Shown piece after piece: positions 38,517 to 50,355 of a stretch of DNA of 64,000 bases. A program made the translations under genes and the position numbers. How positions within the stretch are numbered: position 1 is the first letter of the stretch; every line of letters starts with the position of its first letter. The DNA lies in NCBI RefSeq assembly GCF_006345805.1, contig NC_043001.1, positions 27,404,001 through 27,468,000 of the forward strand, in the 5' to 3' direction. The DNA comes from Octopus sinensis (Eukaryota). The notes beneath the pieces were generated by a model. It made no database searches and was not told the DNA's origin. It worked only from the letters and a program-made list of their open reading frames with translations.

Positions 38517-41500
38517 TGTATATATATATATGTATGTATATATATATGTATATATATATATGTATGTATATATATATGTATATATTATATGTATGTATAT
38601 ATATATGTATATATATAGTATATATATGTATGTATATATATATGTATATATATATGTATGTATATATATATGTATATATATGTATGTATTATATATATGT
38701 ATGTATATATATATAATATATATATGTATGTATATATATATATGTATATATATGTATGTAATATATATGTATATATATGTATGTATATGTATATATATGT
38801 ATATATTATGTATATATATATATGTATATATGTATGTATATATATGTATATATGTATATATATGTATATATGTATATATATATGTATATATGTATATATA
38901 TGTATATATGTATATATATGTATATATGTATATATATGTATATATGTATATATATGTATATATGTATATATATATATATATGTATGTATATGCATATATA
39001 TGTATATGTATATATATATGTATATATGTATATATATATGTGTGTGTGTATGTGTATGTAGGCAATATACTTTTTTCTCAGTCCTTGAACCCCCACTCAA
39101 ACGAAGCTTACAGAAAGCTGAAAGGAAAAGTGCAGACTGCTGTAAGGAAAATTAAACAGGAAAGGTGGAATGATAAAGCAAAAGGGGCACAAGAAGCAGC
39201 TGATAGAAATGACACCAAGGGTTTGTACTCTTATGTTCAGGAGGTATAAGGCCCAAAATCTTCTTCAATAGCTCCAGTGACAACAGCAAATGGTCGTTTT
39301 CTTTTGACTGACACCGCTTTTATTCATAAGCATTGGGTAGAATATTTTTCTGTACTTTTAAATAGACCATCATCCGTTGACATGAGGACAAGAGAAAAAT
39401 TGAACACTTTCCAGTTATAGAAGAGATGGCATTTGAACCAACTCTAAATGACATTTATTTAGCTGTGAATAAGCTGAATAGCAATAAGTCTCCAAGGTCT
39501 GATGGTATCCACGCAGAAGTCTTGAAATACGGGGGTGACAAAATGTTTGAACTCTTAAATGTATTAATTTGTCACTGTTGGAGAACTGAGTTTCAGTGTG
39601 GTTTTCGTTCCTCCAGGGGCACAGCTGATTGTATCTTTACTCTCAGACAGTTACGAGAAAAGTGCACTGAACAGAATCTTGCATTATACCATTGCTTTGT
39701 TGATTTGAGCAAAGCATTCAATATTGTTAATCGAAATGCTCTGTGACTAATTCTAAGGGAAATAGGTTGCCCAGAAAAATTTGTAAACATGATCAGGGCT
39801 TTGCATCAAGATATGAAAGCTAGAGTTAATTTTGGTGGTAGGCTCTCTGAATCTATTGCATGCGTGCTGGAGATTTCCAAGATGGCGTCACTACAAGGCT
39901 GAAGATTCGCCTAGAGGAAGGAAATGTTCATATTGCAAATCAAGAAATAAATATTTATACTGTTGAAGTTAACGGAAAATCTTGACTCTTTCTTCGATTA
40001 ATATTTAATGTAAAGGATGCGAGCTGCACCCATCCAGTGCGGGAACCTCTCATCCTGTTACAAAGCATTTAACTGCATTGCACTGCAGAATTTTATAATG
40101 AGGCTTTAAGCAGGAGTGTCTTCACAAATAAAATTCAGTAGATACCCAGACAGAGCACTTCTAATTCTAATAATACTAGAAAAAAATGGTTTTATGTTAT
40201 AATCTACCATTTATTTTGAATCCTCTGACATTGCCTTTATTGTCCTAAACATTTTCCTTTTAGCCGTAAGTTTCATAAAATTTTTGATAAGTGAATCTCG
40301 AGTTGTACTGATATTTTCACCTCTACTTTAGTTAGAATCAATGTATTCACATAAAATTCAATTCTACAATGCAATTGCCCTACCAGCAATTCCAGTCCTT
40401 CAAAGAGTAAATGTCTTCAAAAGAGTGTTATATACTGTGCTAAGCTCTCAATTATTGGTAGTCTAAGAAGTTTATAAGGCTTTATGCAGAATACTTTCAA
40501 CCCAAGTATAATCAGCATAAATCTTCATTCAAGTATGAAGACAAAAAAAAAAAGAACAACACTATCCAAGTACTTCTGGAATTTCAAGGACAATAGTTTT
40601 CATAATTACAGTATCAACTGGAACTGGTCAGTTATCAAATCTGCATCTGAATATATCAACCACTTTGAATGTTATTCCATCTATAGAAGAAATACAGGAA
40701 TAGAACATCCTGATGCAACAATTACATCTACAAAATTAGAATTGGTCTTTTCGTATCCTCATCAAAAGAAATTTATACTACTAACCTTTGTGCTGCCCAC
40801 TGAATAATGTTGTGTACCCTTGTAAGATTTCACAACACATCTTATGAAACTTCCTTGTTCGTTTATTTTCACTAGTTCTTTTATTTTTTGCCGATGCCAG
40901 CGCCGCCTTGGCTGGCTTCCGTGCCGGTGGCATGTAAAAAGCACCCACTACACTCGCGGAGTGGTTGGCGTTAGGAAGGGCATCCAGCTGTAGAAACACT
41001 GCCAGATCAGACTAGAGCCTGGTGCAGCCCCTGGCTTCCCAGACCCCGGTCGAACCGTCCAACCCGTGCTAGCGCGGAAAACGGACGTTAAACGATGATT
41101 GTATTTCACCCTGTTTTACTTCTTGTCTTTTAATTCACCACCTTTTGATGCTCTCTTTCACTCAGCTTCCAACATATATTATAGATGTGATACACATATT
41201 TTTGCAGATATCTTCTTGAAGGTACATGGCTCAGTTGATAGAGCGTCGAGCTTACAATCGTGAGGTTGTGAGTTCGAATCCCGGACCGGGCTGCATGTTG
41301 TGTTCTTGAGCAAGACACTTTATTTCACGTTGCTCCAGTTCACTCAGCTGTAGAAATGAGTTGCGACGTCACAGGTGCCAAGCTGTATCGGCCGTTGCCT
41401 TTCCCTTGGATAACACTGGTGGCGTGGAGAAGGGAGGCCGGTATGCAAGGGCAACTGCTGGTCTTCCATAAACAACCTTGCCCAGACTTGTGCCTGGGAG

Positions 41501-44500
41501 GGTAACTTTCTAGGTGCAATCCCACGGTCAGTCATGACCGAAGGGGGTCTCAGCATCTTCAAGTTTACTATAGACCTTTCACCAAACTGTCAGTACACAT
41601 CTTTTAAACCGAATTTATATAATCTATTTATACCTGTGCCCACCCTCACTGAACAATTTGCACAGATGGTAACTCTTACTAGATCCATACTGAATGTTTC
41701 ACTCTCCTTATTATGTATTTACATATATTTCATCTTCTTATACATTGTTGTTATGTAACATGCCCTATAATTTTTGCTTACATTCACAGGTTTCTGTTTG
41801 TACATCCTTACGTGCCTGCATGTGTGTGTATTTAAGCATGTATCTATGTTTACATGTACTTGTGTACATAAAGAGCAATATAGGTACATGCAACTGCTAT
41901 TATACATTGTGTATGTCTAGATGTATTCATAGGTATAAATTTCTGGATATACTTGTGTAGGGGTATCATCTAGTAAACAACACCCATATATTCACACATA
42001 CTTATATATGTCCATACATATATACACATGTGTTTACAAGGTGTTCAGGCTAAATTTGAGGAATTTCGTGTCTCCTTTTTCAGGAACAGCTTGGTGTGTT
42101 GGTGAAAAGTAAGAGGTGTTAGTCAGTATAAAGATAAAAGTTGTACTTGAGAAAAAGGTTAGCTGACAGGGACAGGAAGCCATCTGAATATTGGAAGAGA
42201 GATATCTGTAACATGATGATTCACAATGAATATCAAAATGCTGACCATCATAACTGATGCACAATGCTTTGTGAACATTGTAAAGGTTGTGACATGAACA
42301 GCTGTAACAGACTATGAAGCCGTGGCCAGCAGGAAGGAACACTGCAGGCATTCTAACTACATCTGCATGCCAGAATTCTACACCTTTGAACAGAGCCTTA
42401 GGCTCAATTCTGACTGCTATGGGAAACTGCTGGAGAGGGTTGCTGCAGGAAGCTATGTGTGTAGCAGCAGGACTCACTTCCTTGTTATTCTTTTGGAAAG
42501 AGTCAGAAGTAGCTTTTGGAGAATTTTTACAACTTCACCAGTCCCATTTTTGGCTTCCTAATTTTCCCAATTGTAATCCCATGGATTACTATGTGTAGGG
42601 TGCAGTTGAGAAAGACACCAACCACTCTACCAAGATCAAGTAGCTATTTGAGGATTTTCCCACAAACACAGTCACAAATGCATCCACTAGGTTTTGGAGC
42701 TGTCTTGAGGTTGTGGTGGAAACTGAGGGTGGCTACTTGGAGTAAACTGTTATCTCACAGCTATAATCTGGTTAATGTTTTTTAACCCTTTCATTACTGT
42801 ATTTCTGTTGAGATGCTCTGTGTTTCTTTCAATTATTTTAAATATAACAAAGAATTTAGTAAAATGACTTCATTATCATTCAGCTAGTTTTAGGAACATA
42901 AATTGGGACTAAGGTTTGGTGGAAGATTTTTATTCAAAACTTATGAAAACAAGACAATTATATTACAGAGTCAGGGCTGGTTTCAGCCAGGTTGGTAACG
43001 AAGGGGTTAAGATCCTTTTGTTTTTGAATGGGATATTATGTTTTCTTTTCCTTTTATGCAAATTGATATATTTAGCCTAACAACCTATATGGCTGTGTGT
43101 GTATACATACATATATGTGTGTGAGTATACATGTGTGTGTCTGTATACACACACACACAATATTCTTTGTGTATATATGTGCATAAGGAATATAACATTT
43201 GAGCACATTTTTATATTCTTGTGTACCGACATATATGCTGCATTCTTTGTGTGGATACAATTGTATAAAAACTATATGTACTTGTGAATATGTGTGTGTT
43301 CATATATGTATGAATGTATGTATAAATATGCATGTGAGTGGATATATAAGCTTATACTCTCTTATTCATATATGTGTATGCATCTTTGTATGTCTGTGGA
43401 CACAGTATAGCTAAATGGTTAAAAAGCTCATTTCATGTTCAATTGTCAAATATGCACACTTCATTTAGTCAAATTTGAACCCTATATCAGCAGAAAACAT
43501 CACTAAATCCAGCTGTTTCTCAGTATTATAAATATTTCTTGTGTATGGATCTTTAGATTGTCTTCAAAGAAATTAAAGTTATATTGGCATCTCTTGTTGT
43601 AGACTCTAACATACATCCACTGAATATTTCTAAAAGAAATGACAGTAGATTTAGTACCAAAAATAAACAGAACTGACAACTTTCTTTGGAATATGTGTTT
43701 TTCCTGAAGATTTTTGAAAGTTTTTTTTTTCATTCACAGAATTCAAGCTGATTACTAATAAAATGACAAAGATCTTTTTATATATGAGATGCATTCCGGC
43801 TTTATTTTTTCCTGTCAAAACTAGTGCTGCTTGGGAAAAATCCTTTGGGTGAGAGATGATAGCACTCTTCCTGTGCATGCATGAAAAAATTCTTAGAGTA
43901 CAGATGTGTAGCACAGACTCATCAGATTTTCATTTCCACTCAAGATAACCAAACACATTGAGCAGAGACCATAAACCCATGTCTTATCTCCAGTGGTGAT
44001 GGTTTTCACAGTCTAGTATATTCATGCGAAGTTGCTTCAGCTGCTGTTGCTGTTGAGCGAAGCTGTCTTTGTCCCAGAGCTCGCAGTGGGAAAAGTCCGA
44101 ATCGTGGTCTTTTGCTATTCGTAAGACCCGCAGAAGAGAAAGCAGGTCAACCCCTGACACCGAGAGCATCAACGGATGGATGAATGCGCATCCAGGCTCA
44201 GTGGTTGCGTAGGAAGTCGGGGACAAGAAACAGGAAGAAAGAGTGAGAGAAAGTTGGAGCTAAAGAGTACAACAGGGGCCGCCACCACCCTCTGCCGGAG
44301 CCTTGTGGAGCTTTAGGTGTTTTCGCTCAATAAACACACACAACACCTGATCTGGGAATCGAAACCGCGATCCTCTAACCGTGAGTGTGCTGCCCTAACC
44401 ACTGGACCATTGCACCTCCACTTGCTTCTGCTGCTCCTCTAGCACCTTGGTGTTGAATTTCGCTTACACTCTCTGCATGCACAAACCCTCCATTAAAATG

Positions 44501-45135
44501 GAATGCACTGATCCTGTGCATATTCCCACTTTGTGAGCAATTTTCCAGGATTGTCACATGATGGTTTTCCATGACTATTCACTGAACCTTCTCAATTGGC
44601 TCCTTGTTCTGGCTTGTGGATGGCCTGCTCGAGTGCAGCCATGTTTGAAGCAGTCGCACCACTCCTTGATCTGAGTTTTTCACATGGTATCATCACCAAA
44701 AGCTTGCTGAATCTTCTGGATGGTTTTGACCAAACTTGATGCAATATCTCTGCTCAACGCATTTGGTGAAAATCAAAAATCCAACAAGCGTGAACTACAT
44801 ATCTGTGCTCAAGGTGTAACAGCCGGGAACTGATGCAAACTACCAAAATGAAAATTTTCATGCATACACAGGAAGGTTGATGTTACCTTTTGCCCATGCA
44901 GCATTAGGTAAAAATAAAAGTTAGATACTTTTTTACTATTCCTCGTATATATGGGGCTGGTTGTATATCTTTTTGATGATATTATTTTCTGTTTTTTTTT
45001 TATTACAGGATCGAGAAAGTGGAATTTCTAGATGAGCATGAACTGTTACAGCAGCTGCTCTCTCATTATTGTATCACTTATGCGTTCAAAGATCCCAACA
45101 AGATTGGCCTTTACACTGTGAATTTCTCTCCTTGA
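18066..45135 (+). CDS. LCMT1: Leucine carboxyl methyltransferase 1 (PP2A C-terminal methyltransferase), complete, 6 coding exons, 315 aa
   Basis: Exons 18066-18266, 24236-24419, 30083-30324, 31367-31476, 36591-36674 and 45009-45135 sum to 948 nt in frame. Motifs: [39 protein letters not shown] (SAM binding), [48 protein letters not shown]. Confidence 0.96.
19253..20060 (-). mobile_element. RTE LINE 3' end (ORF C-terminus plus 3' UTR)
   Basis: [36 protein letters not shown] followed by a repeated UTR and the ggacgttaaatgat tail. Confidence 0.85.
20087..20375. repeat. Inverted repeat (~100 bp arms)
   Basis: aataacaataatcctt...cacaaatcacatgtctcataagatcacagtctgt vs acagactgtgatcttaagagatatgtgatttgtg...aaggattattgttatt. 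Confidence 0.7.
23070..23695 (+). mobile_element. Internally deleted RTE LINE (RT domain fragment fused to 3' tail)
   Basis: [11 protein letters not shown]...[15 protein letters not shown]...[13 protein letters not shown]...[13 protein letters not shown], then gagtggttggcgttagg...(gat)n. Confidence 0.85.
24236..24419 (+). CDS. LCMT1: LCMT1 coding exon 2 (GC donor)
   Basis: ttttAG|[20 protein letters not shown]...LTSE-G|GCATGT. Confidence 0.92.
24791..25151 (-). mobile_element. Non-autonomous Helitron
   Basis: 5' TCTCTATATA, 3' 19 bp perfect hairpin ending CTAGT; same family as 33387-33745. Confidence 0.75.
25462..25685 (+). mobile_element. tRNA-derived SINE (second family)
   Basis: ggcgagct(g)gcagaaac...gagttcaaattcc B box...tttcatcctttcggggtcgat; copies at 175-382, 3289-3520, 26455-26670, 31606-31778, 47011-47490 and 54192-54407. 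Confidence 0.8.
26060..27770 (-). mobile_element. Degraded, internally duplicated Penelope-like ORF remnant
   Basis: 26240-26856 and 27245-27635 are diverged copies; K-rich ORF remnant ending VVIYKVT (GIY-YIG-like); interrupted by a SINE and a CR1 fragment. Confidence 0.45.
26857..27240 (-). mobile_element. CR1-clade LINE 3' fragment
   Basis: [10 protein letters not shown]...[22 protein letters not shown]...SFK and (TTA)n tail. Confidence 0.8.
28700..29260 (-). mobile_element. Degraded RLE-type (R2 superfamily, HERO-like) LINE 3' end
   Basis: LRPDIV..ELT...[32 protein letters not shown]...AAEK...LWIRR. Confidence 0.7.
29267..29463 (+). pseudogene. Inactivated partial duplicate of LCMT1 exon 3 plus start of intron 3
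   Basis: Near-identical to 30197-30393 (offset 930 bp); CAA>TAA stop at 29365, donor GT>AT at 29395. Confidence 0.9.
30083..30324 (+). CDS. LCMT1: LCMT1 coding exon 3
   Basis: tttcAG|(D)[23 protein letters not shown]...FINYEQ|GTAAAA. Confidence 0.95.
31367..31476 (+). CDS. LCMT1: LCMT1 coding exon 4
   Basis: [36 protein letters not shown](R)|GTAACT. Confidence 0.95.
33387..33745 (+). mobile_element. Non-autonomous Helitron
   Basis: TC start, CTAGT end; body is the reverse complement of 24830-25151. Confidence 0.75.
35296..35595. mobile_element. hAT-type MITE
   Basis: 8 bp TSD tcctaaag (35288-35295, 35596-35603); TIRs caggcctgtccaac / gttggccaaccttg. Confidence 0.7.
36591..36674 (+). CDS. 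LCMT1: LCMT1 coding exon 5
   Basis: [27 protein letters not shown](R)|GTAAGT. Confidence 0.95.
37166..37216 (-). ncRNA. Hammerhead-like motif with G3:C8 swapped core (copy 1)
   Basis: UUUGUCA-GUGAACA-G-GUCGC-loop-GCGAC-GAAAAUAUUU-UGACAAA. Confidence 0.55.
38002..38052 (-). ncRNA. Hammerhead-like motif with G3:C8 swapped core (copy 2)
   Basis: Identical to 37166-37216. Confidence 0.55.
39075..39860 (+). mobile_element. Degraded RTE LINE RT fragment
   Basis: [14 protein letters not shown]...[24 protein letters not shown]...FVDLSKAF. Confidence 0.8.
40150..40870 (+). mobile_element. Degraded Penelope-like element C-terminal (GIY-YIG region) remnant
   Basis: [12 protein letters not shown]...YSINW...SVIKSASEY...[14 protein letters not shown] resembles PLE C-termini. 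Confidence 0.55.
41220..41550 (+). mobile_element. tRNA-derived SINE (third family)
   Basis: tggctcagttgatagagcg...gagttcgaatccc head followed by a ttcttgagcaagacact core-like segment. Confidence 0.75.
42037..43088 (+). mobile_element. Degraded Tc1/mariner-superfamily transposon
   Basis: TIR-like caaggtgttcaggctaaat / atttagcctaacaaccta; [16 protein letters not shown] ~ WPPNSPDLNPLDY motif. Confidence 0.6.
42782..43010. mobile_element. piggyBac-type MITE (TTAA flanks)
   Basis: ttaa-ccctttcattac...gtaacgaagggg-ttaa; relatives at ~8405-8620 and ~53017-53227. Confidence 0.6.
45009..45135 (+). CDS. LCMT1: LCMT1 coding exon 6 (terminal)
   Basis: [41 protein letters not shown]; TGA 45133-45135. 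Confidence 0.95.
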
Positions 45136-46031
45136 ATGCTGACTCACCATTACAAACAATACAGAAAGAACTGCAGTTTGGAATTTGTGTTTCTTTTTGA
45201 GTGTTTTTTTTTTCTGTGATTTTTTTTTTTTTTAATTTTGGAAAATTCTTTTGTACCACCAAGAATTTGTTCTTCCCCACAAAGTTGAATTATTTTATAA
45301 ATACTTACATAATAAAAATAACAATTAAAATCTATTATGTAAGTATATACTTACACACACATCTGTATATTTTTCGTCATATTATATAATATAATATATT
45401 AATGTATGTGATATTGTTGATGTGTGCTGTATTTTTACATGAAATATAACATCAGTTCTGAAATGATGATGTCTGGAAACTTTAGCAAGCCTATTTATGA
45501 AAACTAAATTTTTACATTTATTTGGATTTAAAAAATTTATTTTATCTTAATATGATTTAAAAGTTCAAAAGACTGTTGTTATAAATGAATTAAATTTTTA
45601 TTATAATTATAATATATTATGCTAATGAGAATATTTTTTTCGGAATATTTTCCACTGATGTCTGCACTTACTTTGTCTCTTTGATATCTAAAATTAAAAC
45701 AATCTGATGTTGATCTCCAAAGATGGTTAAATTCTTCTGAATAGCTTTATTTCAGTTTTGCTTTTTTTTCGTGTGTGTGTGTGTGTGTGTGTGTATGTTT
45801 GGTTTTTGTTGTTTTTTTTTTATTTTAGAATTATTATTATTTTTTTTTTTTCTCTGTTAAAGAATTAACAATGACTATTGAATGTGTGCCAACTAAGATT
45901 AATTTCTGTCCAAAGACACAGGCAAGACTACAATCAGAACTGGTGTAGAGAAAATGTCTCCTATTTATGGAGAAAGTTTTATCAACTAGAAATATAGTTC
46001 ATGAAACTAATGTTGTCATTGTTTTTTCATG

Positions 46032-46037
46032 AATAAA
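46032..46037 (+). promoter_or_regulatory. Candidate LCMT1 polyadenylation signal (another AATAAA at 45311-45316)
   Basis: AATAAA at the end of an AT-rich, TE-free stretch downstream of the stop, followed by T/GT-rich sequence. Confidence 0.4.
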
Positions 46038-47645
46038 ATCACTTGCAAGTATTTGTCTTTCCTATCATTTTCTTTTCAAACTATTTCTTATCATCATGAG
46101 TGGCTGTGTGGTAAGTAGCTTGCTAACCAACCACATGGTTCCGGGTTCAGTCCCACTGCGTGGCATCTTGGGCAAGTGTCTTCTGCTATAGCCCCGGGCT
46201 GACCAATGCCTTGTGAGTGGATTTGGTAGACGGAAACTGAAAGAAGCCTGTCGTATATATGTATATATATATATATGTGTGTGTTTGTGTGTCTGTGTTT
46301 GTCCCCCTAGCATTGCTTGACAACCGATGCTGGTGTGTTTATGTGCCCGTCACTTAGCAGTTTGGCGAAAGAGACCGATAGAATAAATACTGGACTTACA
46401 AAGAATAAGTCCCGGGGTCGATTTGCTTGACTAAAGGCGGTGCTCCAGCATGGCCGCAGTCAAAATGACTGAAACAAGTAAAAGAGTAAAGAGTATCATC
46501 CTCACCATCATTGTTGTTTTAACATTCCTTTTTCTATGCTTGCCTGACTCAGATGGAATTTGTTGAAGTGGATTTCTCCACAACTGAATGCTCTTCCAAT
46601 CACCAACCTTCATCTAATACATACACATATGTACTCACACACACATTCCAGGAATGTGCACATACTAAATGCACATGCTTGCACCAGATACATGCACACA
46701 TACACACATTTGCTACAAATGCACAGATATACACATTTGTGCATACACACACGTGCCATATACACACACTCACACATCAAGTACACATGCATACATTCAC
46801 CAATGAACTGATGTTTCCAGTACACATGTATGCTTAGACTCCTATATATGTACACATGTATGCTTAGACACACACACACACAGAGCACATATACACACAT
46901 ACATACTACATACACATACTCATATACCATTATTTGCGCATGTGCACACACACACACACACCAGGCCAAAGCTCTCTTCCTAGACAGAATGTTTCCACCA
47001 GCATTCATAAAGGCAGCAAGCTGGCAGAATCGTTTGCACGCCAGGCGAAATACTTAGTGGTATTTCATCTACCGCTACGTTCTGAATTCAAATTCCACCG
47101 AGGTCAACTTTACCTTTCATCCTTTCAGGGTCGATTAAATAAGTACGTCTTTCTTTATTACCCACAAGGGGCTAGACACAGAGGGGACAAACAAGGACAG
47201 ACATAGGTATTAAGTCGATTACATCGACCCCAGTGCGTAACTGGTACTTAATTTATCGACCCCGAAAGGATGAAAGGCAAAGTCGACCTCGGCGGAATTT
47301 GAACTCACAACGTAACGCAGACGAAATACCGCTTAGCATTTCACCCGGCGTGCTAACGTTTCTGCCAGCTCGCCGCCTTCGATTAAATAAGTACCAGTTA
47401 CCAACTGGGGTCGATATTATCAAATGAATCTGTTTGTCTGTCCTTGTTTGTCCCCTCTGTGTGTAGCCCCTTATGGGCAGTAAAGAAATAAGAATGTTTC
47501 CACCAACATCCTCTCCTAGCATGTGGTCCTAGAAATTCAGAATGGGAATTGATGTTGCTACTAAACTGATAACACCATGTGATCTGCATTCACCAATAGC
47601 AGCCCAGTATCCAGAAGCTATCTTAGACTTACCTCATTTCGTTTC

Positions 47646-47702
47646 TATGAGCCTGATGAATTAGGTTCTTTTGAGTAGCCTATGAAACTTAAGTCGCACG
47701 GA
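47646..47702 (+). ncRNA. Type I hammerhead ribozyme motif, stem I partly decayed
   Basis: CUGAUGA (47653-47659), AU(U)AGG..CCUAU stem II, GAAAC-UUAA-GUC palindromic stem III. Confidence 0.6.
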
Positions 47703-47847
47703 TCCCAATCCAACAGTTATTAAATAATGTGCATGTGTGCGTGTAGTCAGTTTCACTGGTTTCCTTAGACTGTGAATTCTGAAGTTGTAGATATCAATTA
47801 TATGCTTAAAATAATTTGTTTTCTGTCAAGATTTCTTTCTGGTTTTA

Positions 47848-49511
47848 TGAGGTGATATCAAAAAGTTCCCAGACTAGTTTTGTAGCACACTAACAGATGG
47901 CAGCACAGTTGTGTGTGCAGTGAGAGCTAGCACTATGCTGAGTGACATTACTGTGTTCACTTTGCAAGTGGTGAAATTTGTGTTTTTGTGATCACATGTA
48001 TGCTGTAGTCTGTAATTTTGTCATAGACAGGAAGAAAGAGCCAACGTGAAATTTTGCCTTAAATTTGCGAAGTCTGCTACAGAAACATTGAGTATGCTTC
48101 AGCAAGCTTACAGCAACAAGGTATTGGTTGTATGCAATGTTTTGAGTGGCATAAGCACTTCAAAAGAAACAGAACATCCTTGGAAGACATTGAGCAATCT
48201 GGAAGACCTTCCAGAAGCATCACCCCCGAAAACGTGGAGAAAATTCATCAGCTTGTACATGAGGATTGTTGGAGGACAATCAAGGACACTGCTGATTGAC
48301 ATCTGTTGCTAGTGGAGCGCTAAGAGTACCATACGAGTGAGATTGTTGCCAGAGCAACAAGATTGCCTCCGTGCTGATGGCACGTTAAAAACACCATTCG
48401 AGCATGGTCGTTACCTGTGTTGCCTTACTAGCACTTGTGCTGGTGGCACGGGGAAAAAAACATTCGAGCGAGGTCGTTGCCAGTGCCACTGGACTAGCTC
48501 CTGTGCAGGTGGCACATAAAAAGCACCATTTGAGCGTGGCCGTTGCCAGTACTGCCTGACTGGCCCTCATGCTGGTGGCACATAAAAGCACCCACTACAC
48601 TCTCAGAGTGGTTGGCATTAGAAAGGGCATCCAGCTGTAGAAACTCTGCCAGATCAGATTGGAGTCTGGTGCAGTCATCTGGTTCACCAGACCTCAGTCA
48701 AATCGTCCAACCCATGCTAGCATGGAAAGCAGACATTAAACGATGATAATGAAGCAAGCAATCCTAACATCTAAACTGAACATGAGGTGTGTCTCTGCTA
48801 AGTTTGACCCCTCACCTGCTGACCACTAAGCAGAAAGAACATCGCGTTGAAGTCTGTCAAGATCTCCATCAACATGCCGCTGATAACTCATCTTTCATAT
48901 CAAGGATCATCACCAGCGATGAGAACTGAGTCCATGAGTATGACCCTGAGACAGAGCAGCAGTCATTACAGTGGAAGAGCCCTTCATCTCCACAACCAAA
49001 GAAAGCATGACAGAGATGCAGCTCAATTAAGAGCATCCAGGTATTTTGTATTGAGAATTTGTCCCCCAGGGCCAAACCATCAATTGAAAGTTCTGCTGTG
49101 ATTTTTTTGAAGTGTGTGAGGGAGGACATTCAGTGAAAGCAACTAGATTTGTGGAGTGTGAAGAATTGGATTCTTCACAATGGCAATGCAGTGTGTCACT
49201 GAGTTCTCCTCACTTGTGAATTTCTCACTAAAGACAACTTGGTATCCCCCAAATTTAACACCTGCGGACTTCCATCTCTTCCCCAAGATGAAAAGCAGCT
49301 CAAAGGTCACCATTTTAACACTGATCCAGAGCAAATCACAGAAGGTCCTTGGCTTGCTTACAGAAAACAACTTCCAGGTCTGATTCCAGGAATCCTGGGA
49401 CCGGTGTATTGCTGCACAAGGTGATTATTTCAAAGGAGATTATGTTAAAACTTAGGATAAGTTGTTTTTTTTTAAACATAACTAGTCCAGAAACTTTTTG
49501 ATACCACCTTA
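47848..49511 (+). mobile_element. Mariner transposon remnant interrupted by an RTE-tail repeat
   Basis: TA-flanked TIRs tgaggtgatatcaaaaagtt / aactttttgataccacctta; KFCLKFAKSATETLSMLQQAY (HTH), YPPNLTPADFHLFPKMK motif. Confidence 0.85.
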
Positions 49512-50320
49512 TAGAGTTTATCTGCAGAAGTACAAATGACTAGCCAGGGACAAAACTGAGTTGCATGATTGAAACATTAAAATCACCTGCTACTATGTAC
49601 TGTGTACTCTTAACATTTAAAGAATGACTAATGGGTGTGATAATGGCAGTAATTTCCAAGAAAATGCAGCCAAAACATCAAATTTCTTTTTTTAAATGTC
49701 TTTCAAACACAGTCGGTCATTCCCATCATTCAAAGTCATTCACTATTTATTTTGTTTATTCCAATTCAAGTTTTCAAAATAATGGCAGATAAATTGCTTT
49801 ATAAAACGTAAACAAAGGAGGACAGCCTGAAAACTTTAGTGTTTCCACCAGGTGGTATTTAAACAGAATTTTAAAAACTTGATATTTTTGAATTTACCTG
49901 TACTTACCTGCAATTTGATTAGTCTTCAAACAAAAATTCCACAATACAATTATATTAGATTTTTCATTAAGTTGCATGCAAAAACCACTTCAATATAGCA
50001 TGAAATAAAAACGTTTCTTAATTATTAAAACCAGCTTTAAATTAATGAACATAATATTGTGTTTGATTCTATGCAAATTTCTGTGATAGTCATGTGGGTG
50101 TGCTTTGTTTTCAAATAGGGAACAGGGCTGGCTCAAGGTACAGACAACTTAGGCAGTTGCCTGGGGTGCCATGTGCTAGGGGGCACCAAGGAGGGCATGA
50201 CAAAGACAAGGAAATTTCCACAACCATCAACTTGTGCATGCCAAAGTTCAGCTTGCCTGGGGGGTGTTAGCAACCCTAGGGCCAGTCCTGATAGGGCAAC
50301 AACTCAATACATAAAGCAAC

Positions 50321-50355
<35 letters not shown>

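Larger units (their letters stand above)
36958..39060. repeat. Compound (TA)n/(TATG)n/(TG)n microsatellite array with two embedded copies of a ~250 bp repeat
   Basis: Low-complexity sequence; unit at 37085-37332 repeated at 37920-38168. Confidence 0.9.

Noticed and set aside
36957-39249. Long ORFs up to 338 aa rich in Y/I/M/C/V
   Set aside because: Translations of (TA)n/(TATG)n microsatellites, not genes; the same applies to 61107-62763
41221-41290. tRNA-like sequence
   Set aside because: No acceptor stem; it continues into a SINE body, so it is a SINE head
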